DNA from: an uncultured Fibrobacterota bacterium
Lineage (GTDB): Bacteria > Fibrobacterota > Chitinivibrionia > Chitinivibrionales > FEN-1185
DNA length: 63,222 nt
Assembly (NCBI GenBank): GCA_963753345.1
Contig: CAVWBU010000052.1
Location: 1 to 63,222 of the forward strand
Direction: 5' to 3'
Position numbers and translations under genes: made by a program. Shown here one piece after another: positions 9,955 to 19,408 of this stretch (its first letter is position 1; each line of letters begins with the position of its first letter). Below the pieces are notes generated by a model, which saw nothing but the letters and a program-made list of their open reading frames with translations, searched no databases and had not been told where the DNA came from.

Positions 9955-11454
9955 CTACGCCCAGTATTCAAACCTCACAATACTCCACAGTTTCACCTCC
10001 GGCAGCACCAGCACGCTTGTGCCGCCTTCATTCCGTACTGTCAATTTCACTGGTTCAGCCCCGTACGAATATACGGTGCCGCCCGAGAAGTTCCGGTTGA
10101 AGATGCTGTCGGGGAGCCGCACTTCCACGTTGGCAAGCGGCGCGATCCGATGCGTGGCGGCATTGTAGCAATGGTTCACCACGTGGACAGCCGCCATGCC
10201 GTCGCTCTTGACTCTGGGAAAGACCCATGCGTCGCTGCCGGCAGCGAGCGGAACCGCAGGCCGCGTTTCGAACGCTGAGGCAAGTTGCTGCCGCTTGGCA
10301 AGTGTTTCGAATGAAGACGGAATACCCTCCGGTCGCGCCAGCGGGCCCGCAGCGGAGAAATCGTTGAGCAGGAAACCGTGTTTCTTCACAAAAGCGTACA
10401 GCGGCGAAAAGGTCGACGCGGAACCGCAGAACCAGTCCGGCGCACCGCCCGAAAGCCCGCAGAGCATCCGGTTGGGCACCATGAAGCGCTGTCCGCACGC
10501 ATAGGCAAGCGCGATCCAGAGGCTCACGAGCTGCTCTGCGTTGCTGGCCTTTACAAACGCCCAGTCCTCAGGCGTTGCCGTGGCGGCCATGGGGATGCCC
10601 AGCGCCTCGGCGGCGCGGTAGGCGCTTATGGCGCCCGCAAGGCCCGTTTCTCCCGCCGCGGCATCGTGTTTCACTTCGCTGGCGCAATAACTGAGGTGCG
10701 GCACAACAACGGTGTGTTCGGCAGCGGGCAGGCGCAGGTTCGCGCTCAGGGTGACGGGCCGTTGTGCAATGTCCTGCGCGAGTTTCCCGAGCGCCGCCGC
10801 GTTGTTTGCCGCGCTTTCCAGCTGGAAGTCCGTGAATTCCTGCCACAGGGGAATGGAAGCGGCAGGCGAAAGGTAGTGCTCGCGCGTGGGCGCGAAGGCC
10901 TTGACAAAAGGGCGGTAGTCAAATGTATCGAATGAGGAAACGTTTGCGGTTCGCGCCAGCGCCGGATCGCCGAGCTTTGCAAGATACCCGGCGAATCTCC
11001 CCATGCAAAAATCACAAAAGCACCCGCCGAGTGGAAGGGTCGCGGCGCTGCCGAGGTGTTCGTCGACATGCAGGCCGTCGACGCCGCCGGTCATAGCGTC
11101 GCAGACCTTTCGGCGCATATGCGCACGAAACGCCGGGTGGTTGACGCAGCCGTAATACCGCGGCGCGCCCGAACCGGAGGCGGGCGCAAGACTGGCAATG
11201 GCGATGGGCTCGCCCGCGACGTCGCGGGCAACCGCGGAGGCAAGCTCGGGATAGGCGTGCAGGTCGTGGCTCTGGGCGGTGAGACACCACATCGATCCGG
11301 CGACGCGCAGCCCCTGGCGCCGCAGGTTATTGACATGATCGGAAGAACGGCCGGCGCCCGATGCGATCACGGTCGCCCCGTATTTCGCGTAGGACGACGG
11401 ATCGGCGGCGGGCGAGAGGAAGACGACATCGTCGTGCAGCAGGGTGTGTTTCAT
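9955..11454 (-). CDS. hypothetical protein, putative glycoside-hydrolase-like TIM barrel
   Basis: GCVNHPAFR, GVDGLHVDE, GCFCDFC motifs; ATG 11454 with GGAGG RBS. Confidence 0.5.
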   Translation of the reverse strand: MKHTLLHDDVVFLSPAADPSSYAKYGATVIASGAGRSSDHVNNLRRQGLRVAGSMWCLTAQSHDLHAYPELASAVARDVAGEPIAIASLAPASGSGAPRYYGCVNHPAFRAHMRRKVCDAMTGGVDGLHVDEHLGSAATLPLGGCFCDFCMGRFAGYLAKLGDPALARTANVSSFDTFDYRPFVKAFAPTREHYLSPAASIPLWQEFTDFQLESAANNAAALGKLAQDIAQRPVTLSANLRLPAAEHTVVVPHLSYCASEVKHDAAAGETGLAGAISAYRAAEALGIPMAATATPEDWAFVKASNAEQLVSLWIALAYACGQRFMVPNRMLCGLSGGAPDWFCGSASTFSPLYAFVKKHGFLLNDFSAAGPLARPEGIPSSFETLAKRQQLASAFETRPAVPLAAGSDAWVFPRVKSDGMAAVHVVNHCYNAATHRIAPLANVEVRLPDSIFNRNFSGGTVYSYGAEPVKLTVRNEGGTSVLVLPEVKLWSIVRFEYWA

Positions 11455-11651
11455 GGCGATCTCAACCTCCGGGGAGCGAGGGCGGTTTGCGGGTGAAAGG
11501 GATGGAAACCTCCGCCATACCAATTATATGATTTCCGGCAAACACGCTCCAGGTTTTCTTGCGGCGCCGGCAATCCGGAACGTACCTTTATGGGAACGAA
11601 AATGCCGATGCAACAATGATACAAGTGTCTGGCACACACACATCAACTCCC

Positions 11652-12728
11652 ATGATCCAGTCAATTCATTCCCACAAAATGCCGCAATGGCTCGCCGGAG
11701 GCGGTCCCGACGGCGACGTGGTGCTTTCCACGCGCGTGCGGCTCGCGCGCAACCTGGCGCATCACCGGTTTCCCCGGCGCGCGTCGGCGTTCGAGCGCGC
11801 GCAGGTGTTCGAGGAAGTCGCCGCGGCCTTCAGCGGGGCGGCCGGCGGCGCGCCGTTCAACGCCGTGGCGTTCCAGCACCTTGACAAAAGGCAGCGCGAA
11901 TTTCTGGCGGAGGAGGGAGCCGCAAGCGTGGAACTCGCCTCGGCCGGCGAAGGCTGCGGCATCGTGCACGACGCCGCCGGGCGGGTGAGCGTACTGGTAA
12001 ACGAGGACGACCATCTGCGCTTCACGGCGCTCGACGCCGGCCTCAGGCGGCGGGAACTGTTTGCGGAGCTCGATGCGCTCGACGACGCCGTGGGCGCGCG
12101 CCTCGATTACGCATTTGACAAACGAATCGGCTTTCTTACCAGTTGTCCCTCGGACGCGGGAACCGGCCTTGCCGTGTCGTTCCTCGTGCACCTTCCGTCG
12201 CTTGCGCTCACTCGCTCGCAAGAAAGGGTTCTTAGCGGTATTCGCGGAAAGGGCATTGACCTGCGGGGTTTTGTGTGCGGCGCCGGAGCCGGCAACCTGT
12301 TTCTCATGTCCGCGGGGCGGGCGGCGGGAGCAGGGGAGGCCGGACTTCTGGACAATGCCGCTGCAATGGTGAGGCAGGCGGCGTGGCTCGAGCGCAAGTC
12401 GCGCGAGCGCGTGCTTGCCGACGGCCGTGACGAATTGGCCGACAGGATCCATCAATCGTGGGGCATCCTGCGCGGCGCAACGCTGCTTTCCGTGGAGGAG
12501 TTTTTCGAGCGGAGCTCGGACCTGCGTTTGGGGATCGAATGCAATCTTTTTGACGGATGCACACTCGACGACTTGAACCGTCTTTCCCTGTTTGTACGGC
12601 CCGCGCACCTCGAGACGTGCCTTGGCAGGACCCTCGCTCCGGAGGAAGCAAAGGAAGCGAGGGCTTCCCTGGTGCAAACCTATTTCGCGCGCAATGCGCA
12701 GAAGGAACCATCCCATGAAAACGGTTGA
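11652..12728 (+). CDS. McsB-like ATP:guanido phosphotransferase family protein (divergent)
   Basis: DVVLSTRVRLARNL, VNEDDHLR, GFLTSCPSDAGTGL, C-terminal RPAHL; start approximate. Confidence 0.8.
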   Translation: MIQSIHSHKMPQWLAGGGPDGDVVLSTRVRLARNLAHHRFPRRASAFERAQVFEEVAAAFSGAAGGAPFNAVAFQHLDKRQREFLAEEGAASVELASAGEGCGIVHDAAGRVSVLVNEDDHLRFTALDAGLRRRELFAELDALDDAVGARLDYAFDKRIGFLTSCPSDAGTGLAVSFLVHLPSLALTRSQERVLSGIRGKGIDLRGFVCGAGAGNLFLMSAGRAAGAGEAGLLDNAAAMVRQAAWLERKSRERVLADGRDELADRIHQSWGILRGATLLSVEEFFERSSDLRLGIECNLFDGCTLDDLNRLSLFVRPAHLETCLGRTLAPEEAKEARASLVQTYFARNAQKEPSHENG

Positions 12729-13320
12729 CGCACGCGGCATGCTCTGTCCAAAGCCGCTCATTCTCACGAAGAAAGCCCTTAACGGGCTTGCTCCGGGCGG
12801 GCACCTAACGGTGCTCATCGACAACGAGACGTCGAAAGGCAACGTGGAGCGGTTCTGCCGCGACAACGGCGTGGACGTCTCGGCCGCGCGCGACGGCGCA
12901 ATGTTCACGCTCACGCTCGTCAAACAGCGCGGCGAAAAGATCTCTGCCGACGAAAAGGCGTACTGCGCTCCGGAAAGTCAGCGGAAACCGCACGTGATCG
13001 CCTTCCGCGGCGACACCATGGGAAGCGGGCCGGAAGAACTCGGAGCCATCCTGATGAAAGCGTTTGTCAATACCATAAAAGAGACGCAACCGCTGCCGAG
13101 CCACCTGGTGTTCTACAACACCGGCGTACGGCTCGTGGTGCAGGGTTCGCCGCTGGTGGTGCCGCTCGCCGAGCTTGAGAAAAAGGGAATAAGAATCCTC
13201 GCCTGCGGAACCTGCCTCGACTATTTCGGGCTCAAGGCCAAGCTTGCGGTGGGAACGGTATCGAACATGTACTCCATTCTGGAAACCCTGAGCAACGCAG
13301 GCAGCGTAATAGCGCCGTAG
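12715..13320 (+). CDS. yedF: sulfurtransferase-like selenium metabolism protein YedF
   Basis: TusA-like DARGMLCPKPLI, ELGAILMKAF, FYNTGV, ACGTCLDYFGL, SNMY. Confidence 0.88.
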   Translation: MKTVDARGMLCPKPLILTKKALNGLAPGGHLTVLIDNETSKGNVERFCRDNGVDVSAARDGAMFTLTLVKQRGEKISADEKAYCAPESQRKPHVIAFRGDTMGSGPEELGAILMKAFVNTIKETQPLPSHLVFYNTGVRLVVQGSPLVVPLAELEKKGIRILACGTCLDYFGLKAKLAVGTVSNMYSILETLSNAGSVIAP

Positions 13321-13330
13321 AATCGCGTTC

Positions 13331-13546
13331 ATGAACAACGTCATTGCCGTCTTCGAATCCACGCGCGCTGCCATTGAGGCGGAACGCGCGTGCCTGGCAG
13401 CGGGCGTCAAGTGCCAGGCAATCCCTCTGCCGCGGGAAATTTCTGCGGGCTGCGGCATAGCGCTGGAAGTGAATCTGGATGATTTTGTCAAGGCTGAAAC
13501 AGTGTTTCGCGGAACCGGAATATCATACACCATGATGAGGCGGTGA
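13331..13546 (+). CDS. DUF3343 family protein
   Basis: FESTRAAI, IPLPREISAGCGIAL; usual yedF neighbour. Confidence 0.85.
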   Translation: MNNVIAVFESTRAAIEAERACLAAGVKCQAIPLPREISAGCGIALEVNLDDFVKAETVFRGTGISYTMMRR

Positions 13547-13679
13547 CAGCGGGCAATCATCGGATCGCATGGCGACATCAATGTTCTCCGCCTAATTCGC
13601 TTGATCCGCGTTTGCCGGCCAAGGTATTTTTCAAACTCGTTCGACCGGTCGTGAACGGCGACCAAGAAAGGAATGCATT

Positions 13680-14255
13680 ATGAAATCCATCAAGGGCACA
13701 AAGACCGAAAAGAATCTCTGCGCGTCGTTCGCCGGCGAATCGCAGGCGCGCAACCGCTACACCTATTTCGCGAGCGCTGCGAAAAAGGAAGGGTTCGTCC
13801 AGATTGCGAACGCCTTCGAGGAGACCGCCGACAACGAGAAAGAGCATGCCAAGCGCATGTTCAAGTTTCTTGAAGGCGGCATGGTTGAAATTACGGCGTC
13901 GTATCCCGCGGGTAAAATCGGTACAACGGCCGAAAACCTTGCGGCAAGCGCCGACGGCGAACGCGAGGAACACACCGAGTTGTATCCCGCGTTCGCGAAG
14001 ACCGCGCAGGAGGAAGGGTTCGCCGAAGTGGCGACCATGTACAAAATGATAAGCGTTGCCGAGGCGCAGCACGAGAAGAGATACCGCGGCCTGCTCGCGA
14101 ACATCGAAAAGGGAAAGGTCTTCAAAAAAGAGGGCAAGGTGTACTGGAGGTGCAGCAATTGCGGATATATCCACGAAGCCACGGAAGCGCCGAAGAATTG
14201 CCCGGCATGCAATCATCCGCAGGCATATTTCGAGGTGCTGGCCGAAAACTGGTAG
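13680..14255 (+). CDS. rbr: rubrerythrin
   Basis: [30 protein letters not shown]. Confidence 0.95.
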   Translation: MKSIKGTKTEKNLCASFAGESQARNRYTYFASAAKKEGFVQIANAFEETADNEKEHAKRMFKFLEGGMVEITASYPAGKIGTTAENLAASADGEREEHTELYPAFAKTAQEEGFAEVATMYKMISVAEAQHEKRYRGLLANIEKGKVFKKEGKVYWRCSNCGYIHEATEAPKNCPACNHPQAYFEVLAENW

Positions 14256-14275
14256 GAAACTCCGGAGGAAGAACC

Positions 14276-14434
14276 ATGAAACGTTATGTGTGTAACGCGT
14301 GCGGATGGATTTACGATCCGGCAGTCGGCGACCCGGACGGCGGCATCGCGCCGGGGACCGCTTTCGAAGACATCCCCGCCGATTGGGTGTGTCCTCAATG
14401 CGGAGTCGGCAAAGACGAATTCTCCCCTGAGTGA
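14276..14434 (+). CDS. rubredoxin
   Basis: [33 protein letters not shown]. Confidence 0.95.
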   Translation: MKRYVCNACGWIYDPAVGDPDGGIAPGTAFEDIPADWVCPQCGVGKDEFSPE

Positions 14435-14466
14435 ACCGCGTTTTCGAACGCGCCCGAGTGCATAGC

Positions 14467-14613
14467 ATGGGTGTCTGCTGCGCGAAGAAATACCCCTGTC
14501 CCGATTGCCGTTTCTGCCAGTGGTGCGCGGAGTCCCGGTGCAGCGAATGCAGGAGCAGAAACAATCTCCACGCTCGCCGCAGGACCACCTGCCGCGCGAG
14601 AAAGAAACGGTGA
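14467..14613 (+). CDS. small Cys-rich hypothetical protein
   Basis: KKYPCPDCRFCQWCAESRCSECR; fills the gap between rubredoxin and zwf. Confidence 0.5.
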   Translation: MGVCCAKKYPCPDCRFCQWCAESRCSECRSRNNLHARRRTTCRARKKR

Positions 14614-14615
14614 CC

Positions 14616-15941
14616 ATGGCATGCAAAGCGATAGTGATCCTCGGCGCGTCCGGAGATTTGACAAAGAAGAAGCTGGTGCCGGCGCTGCACCGGCTGCATG
14701 CGCGCGGCGAGTTGGCCGATTGCATGCTTATCGCCGGCGAGGGCCGCACGGCATTTACCGATGAACAGTTCCGCGCGCGGCTCGGCGTCGAAGACGACTT
14801 CGCCCGGAAGCTCGCGTATCACCAGGGCATAAAGGGGCTCAAGGCATTTCTCGCATCACGGGGGAAATTCACTGGGATCATCTTCTTCTTCGCCCTTCCG
14901 CCCGAGGCGTATGCGACCACGGCGCAGGAACTCGCTCACGAGGGGTTCGGACGCGAGGCATCCATCATCATAGAAAAACCGTTCGGGTGCGACTACGAAT
15001 CGGCCGCAGCGCTCAACCGCAGGCTTCTCTCGTTCTTCGAGGAGTCGCAGATCTTCCGCAACGACCACTACCTTGCCAAGGAAGCGGTGCAGAACATCCT
15101 CGTGTTCCGGTTTGCCAATGCCGTGTTCGGCCCTGTCTGGAACGCCGACTTCGTGGAATCGATCCAGATCAACTCCTGTGAAGAGCGCACGGTGTCGGAG
15201 CGCTCACAGTATTTCGATAAGGCCGGCATCCTCCGTGACATGGTGCAGAACCATCTTATGCAGCTTCTCTGCCTTGTCGCCATGGAGCCCCCGGACTCGC
15301 TTGACGCGGAAGCGATACGCGCGCGGAAAATGGAAGTGCTCCGGGCGCTTGTCGCGCAGGAATGCCGCCGCAGCCAGTACGAAGGTTACCGCAGCGAGAA
15401 GGGCGTCGGGGCCGATTCGAACACAGAGACGTTTGCCGAGCTTTCGCTTGCCATCAACAATGACCGGTGGCGCGGCGTGCCCGTGCACCTTCGCACCGGC
15501 AAGGCGCTCCACCGCACGGGCACGGAGATCGGCATCAGGTTCAAGCGCCTGCCTTCGACCCTGTTCAACCGGTCGGGGCCGCTGCCGAGAAACCTCATCG
15601 TTTTCAACATTCAGCCCGCGCCCGGCATTGTCGTAAAATTGTCAAGCAAAAATCCCGGCACCGATATGCGTCTCACCGACACGCAGTTGACATTCTGCTA
15701 CAACAGTGCGTTCGAGGAAGAGATCCCGGAGGCCTATCAGAAGCTGCTGCTCGACGCCGTGCGCGGCGACCATACGCTGTTCGTCACCTCGGAGGAAACA
15801 GAGCAGTCGTGGCGCGTGCTTGACGGAGTGCTTGACAAAGGCCTGTGCGGGACCTATGCACCAGGAGCCAGGCCGCCCGAGACGTTGCCGGTCGACTGGA
15901 TCGATTTCGACCGCTATGCGTCGGCCTGCGGGCCGGCCTGA
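14616..15941 (+). CDS. zwf: glucose-6-phosphate 1-dehydrogenase
   Basis: GASGDLTKKK, IEKPFG, RNDHYLAKE, RDMVQNHL, LRTGK. Confidence 0.92.
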   Translation: MACKAIVILGASGDLTKKKLVPALHRLHARGELADCMLIAGEGRTAFTDEQFRARLGVEDDFARKLAYHQGIKGLKAFLASRGKFTGIIFFFALPPEAYATTAQELAHEGFGREASIIIEKPFGCDYESAAALNRRLLSFFEESQIFRNDHYLAKEAVQNILVFRFANAVFGPVWNADFVESIQINSCEERTVSERSQYFDKAGILRDMVQNHLMQLLCLVAMEPPDSLDAEAIRARKMEVLRALVAQECRRSQYEGYRSEKGVGADSNTETFAELSLAINNDRWRGVPVHLRTGKALHRTGTEIGIRFKRLPSTLFNRSGPLPRNLIVFNIQPAPGIVVKLSSKNPGTDMRLTDTQLTFCYNSAFEEEIPEAYQKLLLDAVRGDHTLFVTSEETEQSWRVLDGVLDKGLCGTYAPGARPPETLPVDWIDFDRYASACGPA

Positions 15942-15977
15942 GGAACAAACCGAAAACCATCACCAGAGGAGGAATTC

Positions 15978-16472
15978 ATGGGTCTATCGTACAGCGCAGA
16001 CGAAATTTACGAAATAGGAGTCGGCATCGAAAAGAACGGGAAGCGGTTCTATGAGGCGGCGGCAGACACCGCAAAGCAGGGGACGGTAAAGGACTTCTTC
16101 GGCCGTCTTGCCAAATGGGAGCAGAAGCATGTCGAGCTCTTTTCCAGCCTCAAGGCGGGCCTCAAAGGCGACGCTCGCGAGCACCTTTCCTTCGACCCTG
16201 CAAACGAGCTGGCGTTATACCTGCAGGCGGCGGCCGACACGCACATCTTCAAGGCCGGCGCCGATATTCCCGCGCTGGTCGCACGGTGCCCGACCGCGAT
16301 CGACGCGCTGTCGATGGCACTTGCGTTTGAAAAGGATTCGGTGGTGTTGTATTCCACCTTCCTTAATCTCGTCCCCGCGGATCTCGGCAGAAACGACGTG
16401 GAGCGGATCCTGCAGGAAGAGCTCAAGCATGTGACGTACATTACGGATGAGATGAAGAAGTTGACAAAATAG
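15978..16472 (+). CDS. ferritin-like/rubrerythrin family protein
   Basis: IEKNGKRFY, EQKH, FEKDSV, EELKH di-iron motifs. Confidence 0.85.
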   Translation: MGLSYSADEIYEIGVGIEKNGKRFYEAAADTAKQGTVKDFFGRLAKWEQKHVELFSSLKAGLKGDAREHLSFDPANELALYLQAAADTHIFKAGADIPALVARCPTAIDALSMALAFEKDSVVLYSTFLNLVPADLGRNDVERILQEELKHVTYITDEMKKLTK

Positions 16473-16540
16473 ATAATGGTCCGTGAAGAGCAAAACGTTC
16501 CGCACGGCACCCCTCGTTTGCCTTACGAAAGGCAATTCCC

Positions 16541-17119
16541 ATGAACGACGTCCTCGCCCGGATGCACGACCCGCATGTCCTTGCCTGGATATTCATGATT
16601 ATGGCATATGGATTCCTTGAGATCGGCATCGGCCATCTTAAGAAAGGCAAACGTCGTGAAAAAAGGGTGAGGGACATCACATTCTACGCGGTAACGGTGC
16701 CTTCGATGACTGCCATGTGCGCGGCGCTATTTGAGGCGGTGATAGCCGGCCGCGAGTTTCCGGCCGCAGTGTTCTTTACGGGATGCGTCGTACTGTCGGC
16801 AGGAATCATTCTTCGTCTCGCTGCGCTTGTGCAGCTCGGCACAGGGTTTTCCACAAAGGTTGAAAAATTCGAGGGCCAGCAGCTGACCACGACGGGCATG
16901 TACAAGCTGGTGCGTCACCCCCTGTACCTTGCCACGCTTCTGCAGGTTGCCGGATCGGGGATCATGCTCTGTTCTGTCGTCGCACTTGCGCTTTTCCCTT
17001 TGTGCGTTGCAGGAATTTTTGTTCGCATAAGGAAAGAAGAGCGATTCATGACGGCCGAATTCTCCGAATATGCAGACTACGCAAAGAACACCTGGCGTTT
17101 GATTCCGTGGTTGTATTAG
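16541..17119 (+). CDS. isoprenylcysteine carboxyl methyltransferase family membrane protein
   Basis: GMYKLVRHPLY, RIRKEE, YADY..WRLIPWLY. Confidence 0.85.
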   Translation: MNDVLARMHDPHVLAWIFMIMAYGFLEIGIGHLKKGKRREKRVRDITFYAVTVPSMTAMCAALFEAVIAGREFPAAVFFTGCVVLSAGIILRLAALVQLGTGFSTKVEKFEGQQLTTTGMYKLVRHPLYLATLLQVAGSGIMLCSVVALALFPLCVAGIFVRIRKEERFMTAEFSEYADYAKNTWRLIPWLY

Positions 17120-17268
17120 GGAAATGATGATCAATCCCTGCCCTTGTCCCAAGAGAAAATGCGCACGCCATGGCGATTGCGGTCCCTGCCGTGAATATCA
17201 CGCGCAGAAAGGCAAACTGCCGCGATGCGAGAGGAAAAAGATGAGCATTTGGCCATGGGGTGGGGAGA

Positions 17269-17496
17269 AGTTGAATGTTGAAGGTTGAAAGTTGACAGCA
17301 TGAGCAAGAAGCGGATGCTGAGAGCTTCTTTTCTTCCGCGTTAGGGGCGACTGGAAAAACGGTCCCGCTTGAGGCGGGATGCCGCCCGGACCCGGCCCTG
17401 TGGGCCATAGGGCCGTGGCGGCCCGAGGCCGAAGGCCGAGACCGGAAGGAGAACCGACCCGAGTCTGAGCATAGGCGAGGGCGAGGGGAACGCCCA
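17269..17496 (+). repeat. partial composite element (heptamer array + B)
   Basis: GTTGAAA-type array 17269-17297; B 17336-17496. Confidence 0.85.
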
Positions 17497-17526
17497 TTAC
17501 TCTTGATTGGTTCAAATAAGAAAGAC

Positions 17527-18897
17527 ATGAAAGACTCCCTGCCCTCAGTTACATATACCGGCATCATAAAACTCGCCGCGCCGCTTGTTCTTTCCATGAG
17601 CGGCGTGATGATCATGCAGTTCGTGGACGCGCTGTTTCTCTCCTGGTATTCGGCCGACGCCATTGCCGCGGTGGTGCCGGCGGTAATGCCCGCGTTGCTT
17701 CTGTCAAGTGCATTCACGGGAGCGGCGGGCTATACCTCCACGTTTGTTGCTCAGTACACCGGCGCGGGACGTCCGGAGCGCAGCGCGGCGGCCGTGTGGC
17801 AGGGGATTTACTTTTCGGTGCTGTCCGGGGCGTTTCTTGCGCTTGTGTCGCTCGGCGCTCGGCCGCTGTTTGGCTGGGTGGGCCATGCACCGGTGATCCA
17901 GGCGATGGAAGTGCGGTTCTTTTCAATCATGTGCTGGGGCGCATTTTTCTTTGCCGCGGCAAACGCGCTTTCAGGCTTTTTCTCCGGCAGGGGCGCGACG
18001 TCGGTGGTGATGGCAGTAAACATCGCCGGGCTCTGCGCCAACGCCGCGCTCGATTACATATTGATATTCGGGAAATTCGGTTTTCCGAGGCTCGGCATCA
18101 CGGGCGCGGCGCTGGCAACCGTTGCTTCCCAGGCGCTGATCACGCTCGTTTTTGCCGTGCTGTTCCTCAGGCGCGAAAACCGTGTGCACTGGGCGACTTG
18201 GCGTTCGCGTGCCCTTGACATTCCGCTTTTTCTCAGGCTGGTACGGTTCGGGTTTCCCGGCGGCATGCGTTTTTCGCTTGAGATGGCGTCGTGGACCGTG
18301 TTCGTGTTCTTTGTGGGCCGGATTGGGCCCATTGACCTTGCCGCCACCAATATTGCATGGCGCATCAACGGCATTGCGTTTTTTCCCGCCATAGGGATTT
18401 CGCAGGCGGTGGCCATTCTCGTGGGAAATGCGCAGGGCGCGGGGCAGCCGGCGCTGTCGGCAAAAGCCACCTGGCGCGGCACCGCGCTTTCCCAGGTGTG
18501 GATGCTGGTGATGGCCGCGGTCTTCGTGGTCTTCCCCGTGCAATTGTTCGGCATTTTCGCAGGCCGCGACCCGGCTACGGCTGCGCAATTCGCAACCCTG
18601 GGCCCCATGCTCCTGCGGTTCGTGGCGGTCTACTGTCTGCTTGACGCATTAAACTACGTGTTCATCAGCGCGCTTGTTGCCGCGGGTGACACGCGGTGGA
18701 CCCTGTACGCGTCGATCGCGCTCAACGCCGCATTTGTTGCCGCGCTTGCCGCGGCGGACGTATTCTTTCGGACGCTCTTTGCCGAATGGCTCGTCGCAAC
18801 GGTGTTCGTGATGGCACAGGCTCTGTTATGGCTCGCGCGGTTTCTGCAGGGGAAGTGGAAGGGGTTGAGAGTAATTGAGCCGAAGATAGCGGAGTGA
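17527..18897 (+). CDS. MATE family efflux transporter
   Basis: hydrophobic multi-TM profile, LIFGKFGFPRLGITGAALAT, AGDTR. Confidence 0.9.
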   Translation: MKDSLPSVTYTGIIKLAAPLVLSMSGVMIMQFVDALFLSWYSADAIAAVVPAVMPALLLSSAFTGAAGYTSTFVAQYTGAGRPERSAAAVWQGIYFSVLSGAFLALVSLGARPLFGWVGHAPVIQAMEVRFFSIMCWGAFFFAAANALSGFFSGRGATSVVMAVNIAGLCANAALDYILIFGKFGFPRLGITGAALATVASQALITLVFAVLFLRRENRVHWATWRSRALDIPLFLRLVRFGFPGGMRFSLEMASWTVFVFFVGRIGPIDLAATNIAWRINGIAFFPAIGISQAVAILVGNAQGAGQPALSAKATWRGTALSQVWMLVMAAVFVVFPVQLFGIFAGRDPATAAQFATLGPMLLRFVAVYCLLDALNYVFISALVAAGDTRWTLYASIALNAAFVAALAAADVFFRTLFAEWLVATVFVMAQALLWLARFLQGKWKGLRVIEPKIAE

Positions 18898-18933
18898 TGA
18901 GATACTTCGTTGTCAATATAAATAAGTCTTGGT

Positions 18934-19356
18934 GGGGGAAGTTTCCCCCTAGCTGCGGCCCGGACGCGCCGCTTTACAAACTAGCATCCCGGAGGCGCGT
19001 CCAGTCCTCCGCTACCCCTTCCTGGGTGCACCCCAAGTGAATGCAGTTGCAAGAATCAAGCACCTGTGTGGGGGCACCCACGAGGAGCAGTTGAAAAGTT
19101 GAAACGTTGAAAAGTAGAAAATAGAAACAATGAGCTTGACCGGTTTATTGCGAATGCCGATTGGCGCGAGAAGATGCAATTGACTGAATAGAACTCTGTT
19201 GCCGCGCGTTAGGTGGACCGGAGGGGGCGCCAGAGCGCATTGCCGCCTGATCCCTAGCCGAAGGCGATTGGGACAGGCGGCAACGAGGCCGGACGGCCGA
19301 GCCCGCAGGGAGACCGACCCGACCCCGAGCAAAGTCGAGGGGGAGTGGAACGCCCA
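18934..19356 (+). repeat. composite intergenic element, full
   Basis: A 18934-19079, AGTTGAAA array 19089-19127, C about 19150-19168, TTGACT 19180, B 19201-19356. Confidence 0.9.
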
Positions 19357-19408
19357 TCTCCCACTTCCAAGAAATAGAATAGAAATAGTAGTATATTTTC
19401 AAGAGTCC

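Noticed and set aside
11661-12923. Long antisense ORFs (also 33983-35221, 41032-42486, 58164-59885)
   Set aside because: Shadow frames of well-supported high-GC genes with no recognisable motifs
17200-17260. c-di-GMP-I riboswitch (GGCAAAC..GCGA)
   Set aside because: The stem does not pair after the tetraloop and the GACGCAAAG segment is missing
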